This document shows, piece after piece, positions 37,601-51,487 of a DNA stretch of 64,000 nucleotides. The DNA lies in assembly GCA_950097015.1 (NCBI GenBank), contig CATNEN010000039.1, positions 15,872,001 through 15,936,000 on the forward strand. Direction: 5' to 3'. Both the position numbers and the translations under genes were made by a program. Each line of letters starts with the position of its first letter. The stretch's first letter is position 1. This DNA comes from Macrostomum hystrix. Its lineage: Eukaryota; Animalia; Platyhelminthes. The notes under the pieces are model-generated. The model worked only from the letters and a program-made list of their open reading frames with translations, made no database searches and was not told the DNA's origin.

Positions 37601-40600
37601 TTATCTCTCCTGTGTGTTATCTCTCCTGTGTCTCATCTCTCCTGTGTGTTATCTCTCCTGTGTGTTATCTCTCCTGTGTCTCATCTCTCCTGTGTCTCAT
37701 CTCTCCTGTGTGTTATCTCTCCTGTGTGTTATCTCTCCTGTGTCTCATCTCTCCTGTGTCTCATCTCTCCTGTGTGTTATCTCTCCTGTGTGTTATCTCT
37801 CCTGTGTGTTATCTCTCCTGTGTCTCATCTCTCCTGTGTGTTATCTCTCCTGTGTCTCATCTCTCCCGTGTCTCATCTCTCCCGTGTCTCATCTCTCCTG
37901 TGTGTTATCTCTCCTGTGTCTCATCTCTCCTGTGTGTTATCTCTCCTGTGTCTCATCTCTCCTGTGTGTTATCTCTCCTGTGTCTCATCTCTCCCGTGTC
38001 TCATCTCTCCCGTGTCTCATCTCTCCTGTGTGTTATCTCTCCTGTGTCTCATCTCTCCTGTGTCTCATCTCTCCTGTGTCTCATCTCTCCTGTGTCTCAT
38101 CTCTCCTGTGTGTTATCTCTCCTGTGTCTCATCTCTCCTGTGTGTTATCTCTCCTGTGTGTTATCTCTCCTGTGTCTCATCTCTCCCGTGTCTCATCTCT
38201 CCTGTGTGTTATCTCTCCTGTGTGTTATCTCTCCTGTGTCTCATCTCTCCTGTGTGTTATCTCTCCTGTGTGTTATCTCTCCTGTGTCTCATCTCTCCTG
38301 TGTCTCATCTCTCCTGTGTGTTATCTCTCCTGTGTGTTATCTCTCCTGTGTCTCATCTCTCCTGTGTGTTATCTCTCCTGTGTGTTATCTCTCCTGTGTC
38401 TCATCTCTCCTGTGTCTCATCTCTCCTGTGTGTTATCTCTCCTGTGTGTTATCTCTCCTGTGTCTCATCTCTCCTGTGTGTTATCTCTCCTGTGTGTTAT
38501 CTCTCCTGTGTCTCATCTCTCCTGTGTGTTATCTCTCCTGTGTCTCATCTCTCCTGTGTCTCATCTCTCCTGTGTCTCATCTCTCCTGTGTCTCATCTCT
38601 CCTGTGTGTTATCTCTCCTGTGTCTCATCTCTCCTGTGTCTCATCTCTCCTGTGTCTCATCTCTCCTGTGTCTCATCTCTCCCGTGTCTCATCTCTCCCT
38701 TGTCTAATCTTTCCCGTAACTAATCTCTCCTGTGTGTTATCTCTCCCTTGTCTCATCTCTCCTGTGTCTCATCTCTCCTGTGTCTCATCTCTCCTGTGTC
38801 TCATCTCTCCTGTGTCTCATCTCTCCCGTGTCTCATCTCTCCTGTGTCTCATCTCTCCTGTGTCTCATCTCTCCTGTGTCTCATCTCTCCCGTGTGTTAT
38901 CTCTCCTGTGTCTCATCTCTCCTGTGTCTCATCTCTCCCTTGTCTAATCTTTCCCGTAACTAATCTCTCCTGTGTGTTATCTCTCCCTTGTCTCATCTCT
39001 CCTGTGTCTCATCTCTCCTGTGTCTCATCTCTCCTGTGTCTCATCTCTCCTGTGTCTCATCTCTCCCGTGTGTTATCTCTCCTGTGTCTCATCTCTCCTG
39101 TGTCTCATCTCTCCTGTGTCTCATCTCTCCCGTGTGTTATCTCTCCTGTGTCTCATCTCTCCTGTGTCTCATCTCTCCCTTGTCTAATCTTTCCCGTAAC
39201 TAATCTCTCCTGTGTGTTATCTCTCCTGTGTGTTATCTCTCCTGTGTCTCATCTCTCCTGTGTGTTATCTCTCCTGTGTCTCATCTCTCCTGTGTCTCAT
39301 CTCTCCTGTGTGTTATCTCTCCTGTGTCTCATCTCTCCTGTGTGTTATCTCTCCTGTGTCTCATCTCTCCTGTGTGTTATTTCTCCTGTGTCTCATCTCT
39401 CCCGTGTCTCATCTCTCCCGTGTCTCATCTCTCCTGTGTGTTATCTCTCCTGTGTCTCATCTCTCCCGTGTCTCATCTCTCCCGTGTCTCATCTCTCCTG
39501 TGTGTTATCTCTCCTGTGTCTCATCTCTCCTGTGTGTTATCTCTCCTGTGTCTCATCTCTCCTGTGTGTTATCTCTCCTGTGTCTCATCTCTCCTGTGTC
39601 TCATCTCTCCTGTGTCTCATCTCTCCTGTGTCTCATCTCTCCTGTGTCTCATCTCTCCCTTGTCTAATCTTTCCCGTAACTAATCTCTCCTGTGTGTTAT
39701 CTCTCCTGTGTGTTATCTCTCCTGTGTCTCATCTCTCCTGTGTGTTATCTCTCCTGTGTCTCATCTCTCCTGTGTCTCATCTCTCCTGTGTGTTATCTCT
39801 CCTGTGTCTCATCTCTCCTGTGTGTTATCTCTCCTGTGTCTCATCTCTCCTGTGTGTTATCTCTCCTGTGTCTCATCTCTCCCGTGTCTCATCTCTCCCG
39901 TGTCTCATCTCTCCTGTGTGTTATCTCTCCTGTGTCTCATCTCTCCCGTGTCTCATCTCTCCCGTGTCTCATCTCTCCTGTGTGTTATCTCTCCTGTGTC
40001 TCATCTCTCCCGTGTCTCATCTCTCCCGTGTCTCATCTCTCCTGTATGTTATCTCTCCTGTGTCTCATCTCTCCTGTGTGTTATCTCTCCTGTGTGTTAT
40101 CTCTCCTGTGTCTCATCTCTCCTGTGTCTCATCTCTCCTGTGTGTTATCTCTCCTGTGTGTTATCTCTCCTGTGTCTCATCTCTCCTGTGTGTTATCTCT
40201 CCTGTGTGTTATCTCTCCTGTGTCTCATCTCTCCTGTGTCTCATCTCTCCTGTGTGTTATCTCTCCTGTGTGTTATCTCTCCTGTGTCTCATCTCTCCTG
40301 TGTCTCATCTCTCCTGTGTGTTATCTCTCCTGTGTGTTATCTCTCCTGTGTGTTATCTCTCCTGTGTCTCATCTCTCCTGTGTGTTATCTCTCCTGTGTC
40401 TCATCTCTCCCGTGTCTCATCTCTCCCGTGTCTCATCTCTCCTGTGTGTTATCTCTCCTGTGTCTCATCTCTCCTGTGTGTTATCTCTCCTGTGTCTCAT
40501 CTCTCCTGTGTGTTATCTCTCCTGTGTCTCATCTCTCCCGTGTCTCATCTCTCCCGTGTCTCATCTCTCCTGTGTGTTATCTCTCCTGTGTCTCATCTCT

Positions 40601-43600
40601 CCTGTGTCTCATCTCTCCTGTGTCTCATCTCTCCTGTGTCTCATCTCTCCTGTGTGTTATCTCTCCTGTGTCTCATCTCTCCTGTGTGTTATCTCTCCTG
40701 TGTGTTATCTCTCCTGTGTCTCATCTCTCCCGTGTCTCATCTCTCCTGTGTGTTATCTCTCCTGTGTGTTATCTCTCCTGTGTCTCATCTCTCCTGTGTG
40801 TTATCTCTCCTGTGTGTTATCTCTCCTGTGTCTCATCTCTCCTGTGTCTCATCTCTCCTGTGTGTTATCTCTCCTGTGTGTTATCTCTCCTGTGTCTCAT
40901 CTCTCCTGTGTGTTATCTCTCCTGTGTGTTATCTCTCCTGTGTCTCATCTCTCCTGTGTCTCATCTCTCCTGTGTCTCATCTCTCCTGTGTGTTATCTCT
41001 CCTGTGTCTCATCTCTCCTGTGTGTTATCTCTCCTGTGTGTTATCTCTCCTGTGTCTCATCTCTCCTGTGTGTTATCTCTCCTGTGTCTCATCTCTCCTG
41101 TGTCTCATCTCTCCTGTGTCTCATCTCTCCTGTGTCTCATCTCTCCTGTGTGTTATCTCTCCTGTGTCTCATCTCTCCTGTGTCTCATCTCTCCTGTGTC
41201 TCATCTCTCCTGTGTCTCATCTCTCCCGTGTCTCATCTCTCCCTTGTCTAATCTTTCCCGTAACTAATCTCTCCTGTGTGTTATCTCTCCTGTGTGTTAT
41301 CTCTCCTGTGTCTCATCTCTCCTGTGTGTTATCTCTCCTGTGTGTTATCTCTCCTGTGTCTCATCTCTCCTGTGTGTTATCTCTCCTGTGTCTCATCTCT
41401 CCTGTGTCTCATCTCTCCTGTGTCTCATCTCTCCTGTGTCTCATCTCTCCTGTGTGTTATCTCTCCTGTGTCTCATCTCTCCTGTGTCTCATCTCTCCTG
41501 TGTCTCATCTCTCCTGTGTCTCATCTCTCCCGTGTCTCATCTCTCCCTTGTCTAAGCTTTCCCGTAACTAATCTCTCCTGTGTGTTATCTCTCCTGTGTG
41601 TTATCTCTCCTGTGTCTCATCTCTCCTGTGTGTTATCTCTCCTGTGTGTTATCTCTCCTGTGTCTCATCTCTCCTGTGTGTTATCTCTCCTGTGTCTCAT
41701 CTCTCCTGTGTCTCATCTCTCCTGTGTCTCATCTCTCCTGTGTCTCATCTCTCCTGTGTGTTATCTCTCCTGTGTCTCATCTCTCCTGTGTCTCATCTCT
41801 CCTGTGTCTCATCTCTCCTGTGTCTCATCTCTCCCGTGTCTCATCTCTCCCTTGTCTAATCTTTCCCGTAACTAATCTCTCCTGTGTGTTATCTCTCCTG
41901 TGTGTTATCTCTCCTGTGTCTCATCTCTCCTGTGTGTTATCTCTCCTGTGTGTTATCTCTCCTGTGTCTCATCTCTCCTGTGTGTTATCTCTCCTGTGTC
42001 TCATCTCTCCTGTGTCTCATCTCTCCTGTGTCTCATCTCTCCTGTGTCTCATCTCTCCTGTGTGTTATCTCTCCTGTGTCTCATCTCTCCTGTGTCTCAT
42101 CTCTCCTGTGTCTCATCTCTCCTGTGTCTCATCTCTCCCGTGTCTCATCTCTCCCTTGTCTAAGCTTTCCCGTAACTAATCTCTCCTGTGTGTTATCTCT
42201 CCTGTGTGTTATCTCTCCTGTGTCTCATCTCTCCTGTGTGTTATCTCTCCTGTGTGTTATCTCTCCTGTGTCTCATCTCTCCTGTGTGTTATCTCTCCTG
42301 TGTCTCATCTCTCCTGTGTCTCATCTCTCCTGTGTCTCATCTCTCCTGTGTCTCATCTCTCCTGTGTGTTATCTCTCCTGTGTCTCATCTCTCCTGTGTC
42401 TCATCTCTCCTGTGTCTCATCTCTCCTGTGTCTCATCTCTCCCGTGTCTCATCTCTCCCTTGTCTAATCTTTCCCGTAACTAATCTCTCCTGTGTGTTAT
42501 CTCTCCTGTGTGTTATCTCTCCTGTGTCTCATCTCTCCTGTGTGTTATCTCTCCTGTGTGTTATCTCTCCTGTGTCTCATCTCTCCTGTGTGTTATCTCT
42601 CCTGTGTCTCATCTCTCCTGTGTCTCATCTCTCCTGTGTCTCATCTCTCCTGTGTCTCATCTCTCCTGTGTGTTATCTCTCCTGTGTCTCATCTCTCCTG
42701 TGTCTCATCTCTCCTGTGTCTCATCTCTCCTGTGTCTCATCTCTCCCTTGTCTAATCTTTCCCGTAACTAATCTCTCCTGTGTGTTATCTCTCCTGTGTC
42801 TCATCTCTCCTGTGTCTCATCTCTCCTGTGTCTCATCTCTCCTGTGTCTCATCTCTCCTGTGTCTCATCTCTCCCTTGTCTAATCTTTCCCGTAACTAAT
42901 CTCTCCCGTGTCTCATCTCTCCTGTGTCTCATCTCTCCTGTGTCTCATCTCTCCTGTGTCTCATCTCTCCTGTGTCTCATCTCTCCTGTGTCTCATCTCT
43001 CCTGTGTCTCATCTCTCCCTTGTCTAATCTTTCCCTTGTCTAATCTTTCCCTTGTCTAATCTTTCCCTTGTCTAATCTTTCCCTTGTCTAATCTTTCCCT
43101 TGTCTAATCTTTCCCTTGTCTAATCTCTCCCGTAACTAATCTCTCCTGTGTGTTATCTCTCCTGTGTCTCATCTCTCCTGTGTCTCATCTCTCCTGTGTC
43201 TCATCTCTCCTGTGTGTTATCTCTCCTGTGTCTCATCTCTCCTGTGTCTCATCTCTCCTGTGTCTCATCTCTCCTGTGTGTTATCTCTCCTGTGTCTCAT
43301 CTCTCCTGTGTCTCATCTCTCCTGTGTGTTATCTCTCCTGTGTCTCATCTCTCCTGTGTCTCATCTCTCCTGTGTGTTATCTCTCCTGTGTCTCATCTCT
43401 CCTGTGTCTCATCTCTCCTGTGTCTCATCTCTCCTGTGTGTTATCTCTCCTGTGTCTCATCTCTCCTGTGTCTCATCTCTCCTGTGTCTCATCTCTCCTG
43501 TGTCTCATCTCTCCTGTGTCTGATCTCTCCTGTGTGTTATCTCTCCTGTGTCTCATCTCTCCTGTGTGTTATCTCTCCTGTGTCTCATCTCTCCTGTGTC

Positions 43601-44430
43601 TCATCTCTCCTGTGTGTTATCTCTCCTGTGTCTCATCTCTCCTGTGTCTCATCTCTCCTGTGTCTCATCTCTCCTGTGTCTCATCTCTCCTGTGTCTCAT
43701 CTCTCCCGTGTCTCATCTCTCCCGTGTCTCATCTCTCCCTTGTCTAATCTTTCCCGTAACTAATCTCTCCTGTGTGTTATCTCTCCTGTGTCTCATCTCT
43801 CCTGTGTCTCATCTCTCCTGTGTGTTATCTCTCCTGTGTCTCATCTCTCCTGTGTCTCATCTCTCCTGTGTCTCATCTCTCCTGTGTCTCATCTCTCCTG
43901 TGTCTCATCTCTCCCGTGTCTCATCTCTCCCGTGTCTCATCTCTCCCTTGTCTAATCTTTCCCGTAACTAATCTCTCCTGTGTGTTATCTCTCCTGTGTG
44001 TTATCTCTCCTGTGTCTCATCTCTCCCGTGTCTCATCTCTCCCGTGTCTCATCTATCCCGCGTGCCATCTCTCCCGTGTCTCATCTCTCCCGTGTCTCAT
44101 CTCTCCCGTGTCTCATCTCTCCCGTGTCTCATCTATCCCGCGTGCCATCTCTCCCGTGTCTCATCTCTCCCGTGTCTCATCTCTCCCGTGTCTCATCTCT
44201 CCCGTGTCTCATCTCTCCCGTGTGTCATCTCTCCCGTGTCTCATCTCTCCCGTGTCTCATCCCTCCCGTGTCTCATCTCTCCCGTGTGTCATCTCTCCCG
44301 TGTGTCATCTCTCCCGTGTCTCATCTCTCCCGTGTGTCATCTCTCCCGTGTCTCATCTATCCCGCGTGCCATCTCTCCCGTGTCTCATCTCTCCTGTGTC
44401 TCATCTCTCCCGTGTGTCATCTCTCCTGTC
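34675..44430 (+). repeat. 16-bp satellite (atctctcctgtgtctc / atctctcctgtgtgtt)n, ~9.8 kb, with higher-order structure
   Basis: Tandem array seen directly, punctuated by the variant block cttgtctaatctttcccgtaactaatc. Confidence 0.98.
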
Positions 44431-47400
44431 TCTACCTTTCTGGCCCAGCCTATCATATTTTACAGTTAAATATACGGGGCCCCTGTCCGGGCTTGTATTT
44501 GCTTTGATTTTTCGTGATTTTTATTTTTCCCATTAATTTATTTTAATTAGACACCTGAATAAGGACTAAGTGGCATTTATACAATGAAACTTATGCAAGT
44601 GAACAAACATATTAACCCGAATATGTCCGGTATAGTGCATATTGGAGCTGTTACAAGTTACACCGGTAATAAGCTCCTGAGACAATGCAATGCCCACATG
44701 CATGCAGCATTATAAAAAGAAATAATTAGACCAAGCATTTAAAAAAATGCCGAAAGTTATCCTGACAAGTTAAAAATCGAATTTCATAAAAGTTTTTGCC
44801 TCCATTAGGGCTTCTGGGAGCGAGTTTGCGTTTAATCCCTGATTGCCAGGAAATCTTCGCGTTAATTACTATGTCGCCAGTTGCTCATAGAAGCACACAT
44901 GTTCGTTAGGTGAAGGTGGCGTATAAAGCTCAGCTGCATTGCTGAAAGCTTTGCTCTCACGTTTCCTCTCCCAGAAGAATGGGATTCTCAAAATTCTTTC
45001 TGATTTATTCGCCCACGTCTTAAAATGAATTAGCAAAAATGGAAGGATTATGCTTTTAGTCACCTGAGCGTCTCTTGCTGTCGAGGCGGCGAGGTCTCGA
45101 CAGCGAAACTTGCTTCTAGTAGTTTTTGCAGCTTTTGCAAAAATTAGACACCGGCCGTCTAGAGCTTTCATGTGGCTTTATTAACTTTTCCTTTTTTAGT
45201 GATATATGCAGCTGCATGGCTTCCGTGGATAAACTGTTGAAACTCTTCAGGGGGAACTATTTGTGGATGAGTCCACAACTCTTATTAGACGTCATTAGTT
45301 TTGCTTTTACCAGCTTCCATATGTGCCCTTTCTATATAATCAAAGCGATTAATATAATTATATCAAATAATTTTAAAATAATCAATGGCTTTAGGCTGGC
45401 TGGCTAATGTTGTAGACCAATTGCATAGATTCCCAACGATAAACTTATTCGTTCTTTAGATCCTCTTACAAAAGCCTTCGACGGTGCTACCTATTTTAGT
45501 TCTAAGTAGTACCGTTTTTAGTTTAAGTAGTTTGCGCTGCGCTGCGTGCAGCGCACTTCCAATGCAAACTAATATCCAAGTAATAGCTATTCAAGTGAAT
45601 ACTAGTCTTCACAGCATAATCGTAACTCTTAAAAAATCTAAGCAACTATCAGAAGAAACAAAACCTGATTTCGCATCCCAGATCCCAGAACAGCTGTTTG
45701 GTCGTTGTTACTATGGCGCGAATTTAAGTTCTTTGATTTTTTTCTTAGAACATTGTTGCTGTAAATCTGAATTTGGATTTTGGAACTTGGCAGCTTAATT
45801 GAATTTTTATGTTTTTTGCAACTGTAAATTCAAGTACTTCAAATGTTATAGCCAACATGTAACTGTGTAATTGTTATAATAAAAAACCATGTGGCAAAAC
45901 TCGTATGATAAGAAATGATATCAGGATTATTTATTTTATATTTTTTTACACCACACCAGGTAATTCTATTCTGCTCTACTAACTAGCTGGTCTAGTTATT
46001 TGTAATAGGTCCTTGCTAGCCTGTTACAGTGAAACATTTGTAATTTTTAATTTCCAATCTGATTTATAATAAGCTAACTGTGACAGAGTAGCTAGGGTGG
46101 CATGGGGCCTAATTGCTAGCTAGGGCTTTATATAGGCCATAATGTGCCTAATTGCCTAGTTGAGTAAAAATTTAGCTATTCTTTTAAATAATATACTATT
46201 TGGCCATCGTTGCTTAGTATAACTAGTTGCTTATTTTATTATTTAGCAATACAATATTAGATGACAACAAAATTAGAAAGTTTCTACCCTAATGGGTATA
46301 AAAAAGAGCCAAGATGTGCTAAATATATTCAAGCCATTGACCTAAAAGTGAGTCTAACTAACTGAAAAAATAGAAGCCTAAGGCAAAGCACATATTAGGC
46401 ATTCTAAAACATTGCTTTAGTAGATTCTTAGCTTAAAATTGTGCTATATAGAACTTTTGATATGTTCAACAACCAAAATCTTGACAATATTAATGCCAAC
46501 TTGAGGATAGAGACTTAAATGTCCCTGAGTGTGTGTATTACAGTAAATTAGTATGTGACAGCTCATTGTTGTAATATATTTATATTTACTTTTAGAATAT
46601 TTTCTTAGTTAAGAATTCCCTGATTCCTTGAACTAAGCTCTAGAAATATAATTTAATGCAAGAACAGATAGGGTAATGTATCATCAACCAAACAAGAATG
46701 TGTATTTTTTTAACTTCAAACCTAAGCTACAGATTTTCTATTTAAGATATGATGATAAATCAAAAGCCAAGTTATAGAAAACAGTTACATCTTTCTAAAA
46801 AGTATCTGCTTTTGCTATTTTATCAAATAGAAAAAGTTATTCCTGCTTTTTATCTAAAAGTGAACAATTATTTTCATGTATCTTCAAACCAAACAGAGAA
46901 TTTGATGTTTGGTTTTACAATTTGAGTGAGTGGTTTAATCTTATTTTAAGGAGTGAACTATCATGAATTATGTCATTTGAAAGCATTTTTCATGCTCTAT
47001 CGATAACTACATTTATGGTCATTTAATTGGCAAGCAACCACATACAATCTTTGTCTAAAGTACTGAAAAAACATACTGAAAAAATGTTTTTAAAAAGTAT
47101 AAAAATTTCTACTGAAACATCAATATCTTTCTTTCCTCTTAATGCTTCATTGCACATCATGCCTCAGCTTGTAGATAATTTCTTCTTTTAAATTAGTTGT
47201 TCTGTGAAACACATAGCTTGTTTCTGTCTTTCACGAGACCAAGGAAGAAGTCAAAATTCTTGTTCGGTTTTGAAGATACACTGTTCCGTTGATGATACAT
47301 TATCCTACTGTCTAAACAAAATGGTTAATTAATTTCGATGTAGCTGTATATGCGTCGTAATTTTAAATCCTGAAATGATTTCTGGGAGATTGTGCCACTC

Positions 47401-47502
47401 TTTGCAGAGTATAAAAGCAAATTAGGAAGAAAACAATTGCTTTTTAAAAGGCCAGGCAGTGTGCAGAATTGAGCCAGAAGCAAGGCAGGCGGCAGCCAGT
47501 GC

Positions 47503-49714
47503 ATGGCGGACTGGAGCAGCTGGCTGCAGGATGAGGTATCGGCCATTGGTCACGCGCAGCGCAATGGCCAGCTGAATTGTCCAGCGAATCCAGAGCCGGG
47601 CAGTCCAGATGTTCCGCTGCTGCAGCTGGACTTGATGCCGCTGCTTAGCCAGACGCCGCTTAGTCGCGAATTCATCGCCCACGATTGTCGCCTATGCTCG
47701 GCCAGATTTCCTAGCCTGTTAACCCTGCTGCGTCACCTAGACTGTGCTCACAGTAAGGGACGGAAAAGGCTGCGTGCTAAACGAGGCGCCGCCGCTGCTG
47801 CTGCGGCTGCCGCGGCGGCTGCGGCTGCGGCTGCGGCTGCGGCGGCTCTGATGGCTGATTCGCCAACACTGACCCAAGCCGCTCTGCTAGCAAATTCGCC
47901 TCTGTTATTGACTAGTCCACCCTCGACTCCTGGAAATATTGGCGGAGTCGGCGTTGGTGGCAGCGGCGGCTTATCAGGCGGAGTAAAGAAGCAGAAAACT
48001 ACTGCCGGCTCGTCAAAGAACTCGGCTTCAAGAGTCGTCGCTGTTGACGACGATGAAGAAGACCTGGACGCCAACGCCGACGATGTTGAAGGGGACGAAG
48101 AGGAAGGCGGGGTAGAGGAGGAAGAGGATGTTGACGTTGACGTTGGAAACGGTCACGGCAGCAGCAGCGGTGGTATCGGCGCCAGCCCAATGGCTGCAGA
48201 GGACTCCCAGGTAAGCTCATTAATTCCAGATCCTTAAATTCCTAGATCCTCAAATCATTCAGACACTGCGTCCATTCCGCAGACTCCCCGGCTGCCCGGT
48301 CTTCTAGAAGAGGCACCTGTCAGCGTGTCACTCGAACCGGAGGAGGACGCCGTGCCGGTGGTTCGAATCCGCGAAGAGGACGACTCCTCTGGCGGCGCGG
48401 CCGCGTCTGTGGCGCAAACCGGAGGCGGCGACAGTCTGGGTGGCGACTCTTCCTCCGGCTTTGGCCAGCATCGAGTGCAGCCGCATCACTTGGCCATGTC
48501 GCCGCTGAGTGAGGTCGCTTCCTTGTCGTCGATTACCTCGCAGCAACAGCAGCAGCAGCAGCGTCACAGTCATCAGCACAAGATGCGCGTCCTGCCTTTG
48601 CGCGATCGCGCATTCAACCCAGACATTCACTGCGGCGTCGTGGCAGCCGATTCCGGGCAGCGCTGCGTCCGTTCGCTGACGTGCAAGAAGCACAGTCTGC
48701 GAGATAGGCGCGCTGTGCCAGGACGCACTAGGCCATTTGACGTCTTGTTGCAGGCCAGCCGCAACCTCAAAGCCACCAATGCCACGTCGTCGCAGACATC
48801 CCAGGCTGTTCAACAGTCCAGCGGCGCCTGTTCTGTATCGTCGGCGCCGCCTCCGAATCTGTCCTTAGCGTCGGCGACCTCTTCGTCTACGCTGGCCTCC
48901 GTTAGCAGTTCGCCGCAGTTCTCGTCGCTTTCATCGTCTGCGCAGCAAAAGCAGCAGCATCAGCAGCAGTCAGTGTTCCGCAAGCAGCAGGTGATGCTTA
49001 TTCCAACTGCTAGCGCACTTTTTTCGGCGTCGTCATCATCTCCAGCGTCGCCACCGTCGACTGCGCCAGGCAGTGTTGATGTGAGTTTTATCTACGGTTA
49101 TTTTGTGTAAATTTGCCAAGATAAGCCTACCATGTCCATTGTGTGCCATGTAGATATTCCATCTCTCGCAGGTGTACTCTTCCGACGAGGATTTCCTGGA
49201 ATTTCCGACGCCAGCTCCCACACCTGCGCCGTTGCTTTCTGAGCAGCAGCAGCAGCCAGTTTCAGAGGCTGGCATTGGCGCCCAATTTCGTTGCCTGGGC
49301 GCGCCGCAGCCGCTTCTGCTGTTGCGTCGCAACCGATTTGCAGCGAATTCAAATTCAACAGCTCCCGCCTATACTACTGCCGCTGGCTCAGTAGATGGTT
49401 GCGCTAGCAGCGGCGGGACCTTGGCTCTGCTGGCCTGGGCTCGACGGCGCACCCTGACTCCCATGGCCGGCATCGGAGCTCATTGTCGGAACCGCCTGGC
49501 GCAGCACAGGACCGTCCTGCAGCCGCCACAGCAGCAGCATCATCATTCCATGCTGCAGCACAGCTATTATCAGCAACAGCAGCAACAGCAGAATTTTATT
49601 GCTTCGCCGTTAGTGCTTGGCGGTGGTGGTTCGAATCCGCAACTGTCAGCCTCGGCTATTGTTAAACAACAACAGCAGCAGCAGCAGCTAGCGCATCAGG
49701 CTAAGCAGCGATGA
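47503..49714 (+). CDS. ATXN7: Ataxin-7-like protein (SAGA DUB-module anchor, Sgf73/ATXN7 family)
   Basis: Exons 47503-48210, 48283-49080 and 49172-49714 (all phase 0, GT-AG). N-terminal zinc finger CRLCSARF...[10 protein letters not shown]7 domain [14 protein letters not shown]...[29 protein letters not shown]. Low-complexity A, D/E, S and Q tracts. Confidence 0.88.
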
Positions 49715-49869
49715 ATTGGCTCAAGAAACTCAACAAAATCCTCAGATAGCACGTCTCCGTTTAAATCCCTTCCCAACAGATCACCCTATGTTTTCCATGC
49801 ATCCACATCTACACTCACATTTACACCCTGTCACTCGTTCGTTATTCCAAATTACACTCTCTTTCCAGT

Positions 49870-51487
49870 GTACATGCAATCATTCCCTGTACACCCTCCC
49901 ACTCTAATGTACACTCTCCCACTCCAATGTACACCCTCACACTCCAATGTACACCCTAACACTACAATCTACACCCTCCCACTCCAATGTACACCCTCCC
50001 AATCCAATCTACACCCTCCCAATCCAATTTACACCCTCCCAATCCAATTTACACCCTCCCACTCCAATTTACACCCTCCCAATCCAATTTACACCCTCCC
50101 AATCCAATTTACACCCTCCCAATCCAATTTACACCCTCCCACTCCAATCTACACCCTCCCACTCGAATCTACACTCTTCCACTCCAATCTACACTCTTCC
50201 ACTCCAATCTACACTCTTCCACTCCAATCTACACTCTTCCACTCCAATCTACACTCTTCCACTCCAATCTACACTCTTCCACTCCAATCTACACTCTTCC
50301 AATCCAATCTACACCTTCCCAATTTAGACCCTCCCAATCCAATTTAGACCCTCCCACTCCAATTTAGACCCTCCCACTCCAATTTAGACCCTCCCACTCC
50401 AATTTAGACCCTCCCAATCCAATTTAGACCCTCCCACTCCAATTTAGACCCTCCCAATCCAATTTAGACCCTCCCACTCCAATTTAGACCCTCCCACTCC
50501 AATTTAGACCCTCCCAATCCAATTTAGACCCTCCCACTCCAATTTAGACCCTCCCAATCCAATTTACACCCTCCCAATCCAATTTACACCCTCCCAATCC
50601 AATTTACACCCTCCCAATCCAATTTACACCCTCCCAATCCAATTTACACCCTCCCAATCCAATTTACACCCTCCCAATCCAATTTACACCCTCCCAATCC
50701 AATTTACACCCTCCCAATCCAATTTACACCCTCCCAATCCAATTTACACCCTCCCAATCCAATTTACACCCTCCCAATCCAATTTACACCCTCCCAATCC
50801 AATTTACACCCTCCCAATCCAATTTACACCTTCCCAATTTAGACCCTCCCACTCCAATCTACACCCTCCCAATCCAATTTAGACCCTCCCACTCCAATCT
50901 ACACCCTCCCAATCCAATTTACACCCTCCCAATCCAATTTACACCCTCCCAATCCAATTTACACCCTCCCAATCCAATTTACACCCTCCCAATCCAATTT
51001 AGACCCTCCCAATCCAATTTAGACCCTCCCACTCCAATTTACACCCTCCCAATCCAATTTAGACCCTCCCACTCCAATCTACACCCTCCCAATCCAATTT
51101 ACACCCTCCCAATCCAATTTACACCCTCCCAATCCAATTTACACCCTCCCAATCCAATTTAGACCCTCCCACTCCAATCTACACCCTCCCAATCCAATTT
51201 ACACCCTCCCAATCCAATTTACACCCTCCCAATCCAATTTACACCCTCCCAATCCAATTTACACCCTCCCACTCCAATTTACACCCTCCCAATCCAATTT
51301 ACACCCTCCCAATCCAATTTACACCCTCCCAATCCAATTTACACCCTCCCACTCCAATCTACACCCTCCCAATCCAATTTACACCCTCCCAATCCAATTT
51401 ACACCCTCCCACTCCAGTGTACACCCTCCCACTCCAGTGTACACCCTCCCACTCTTATGTACACCCTCCCACTATAATGTACACCTA
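49870..51487 (+). repeat. 20-bp satellite (acaccctccca[a/c]tccaattt)n
   Basis: Tandem array seen directly, starting ~150 bp after the ataxin-7-like stop. Confidence 0.97.

Noticed and set aside
30012-44536. Very long ORFs (up to 2279 aa) rich in S/L/C/V
   Set aside because: They translate 23-bp and 16-bp satellites. The unit lengths are not multiples of 3, all frames give the same peptide, and there are no unique domains.
44869-45171. Minus-strand ORF with a donor at ~45063 as hunchback exon 1
   Set aside because: It supplies no CxxC to complete the first finger and has no recognisable homology.
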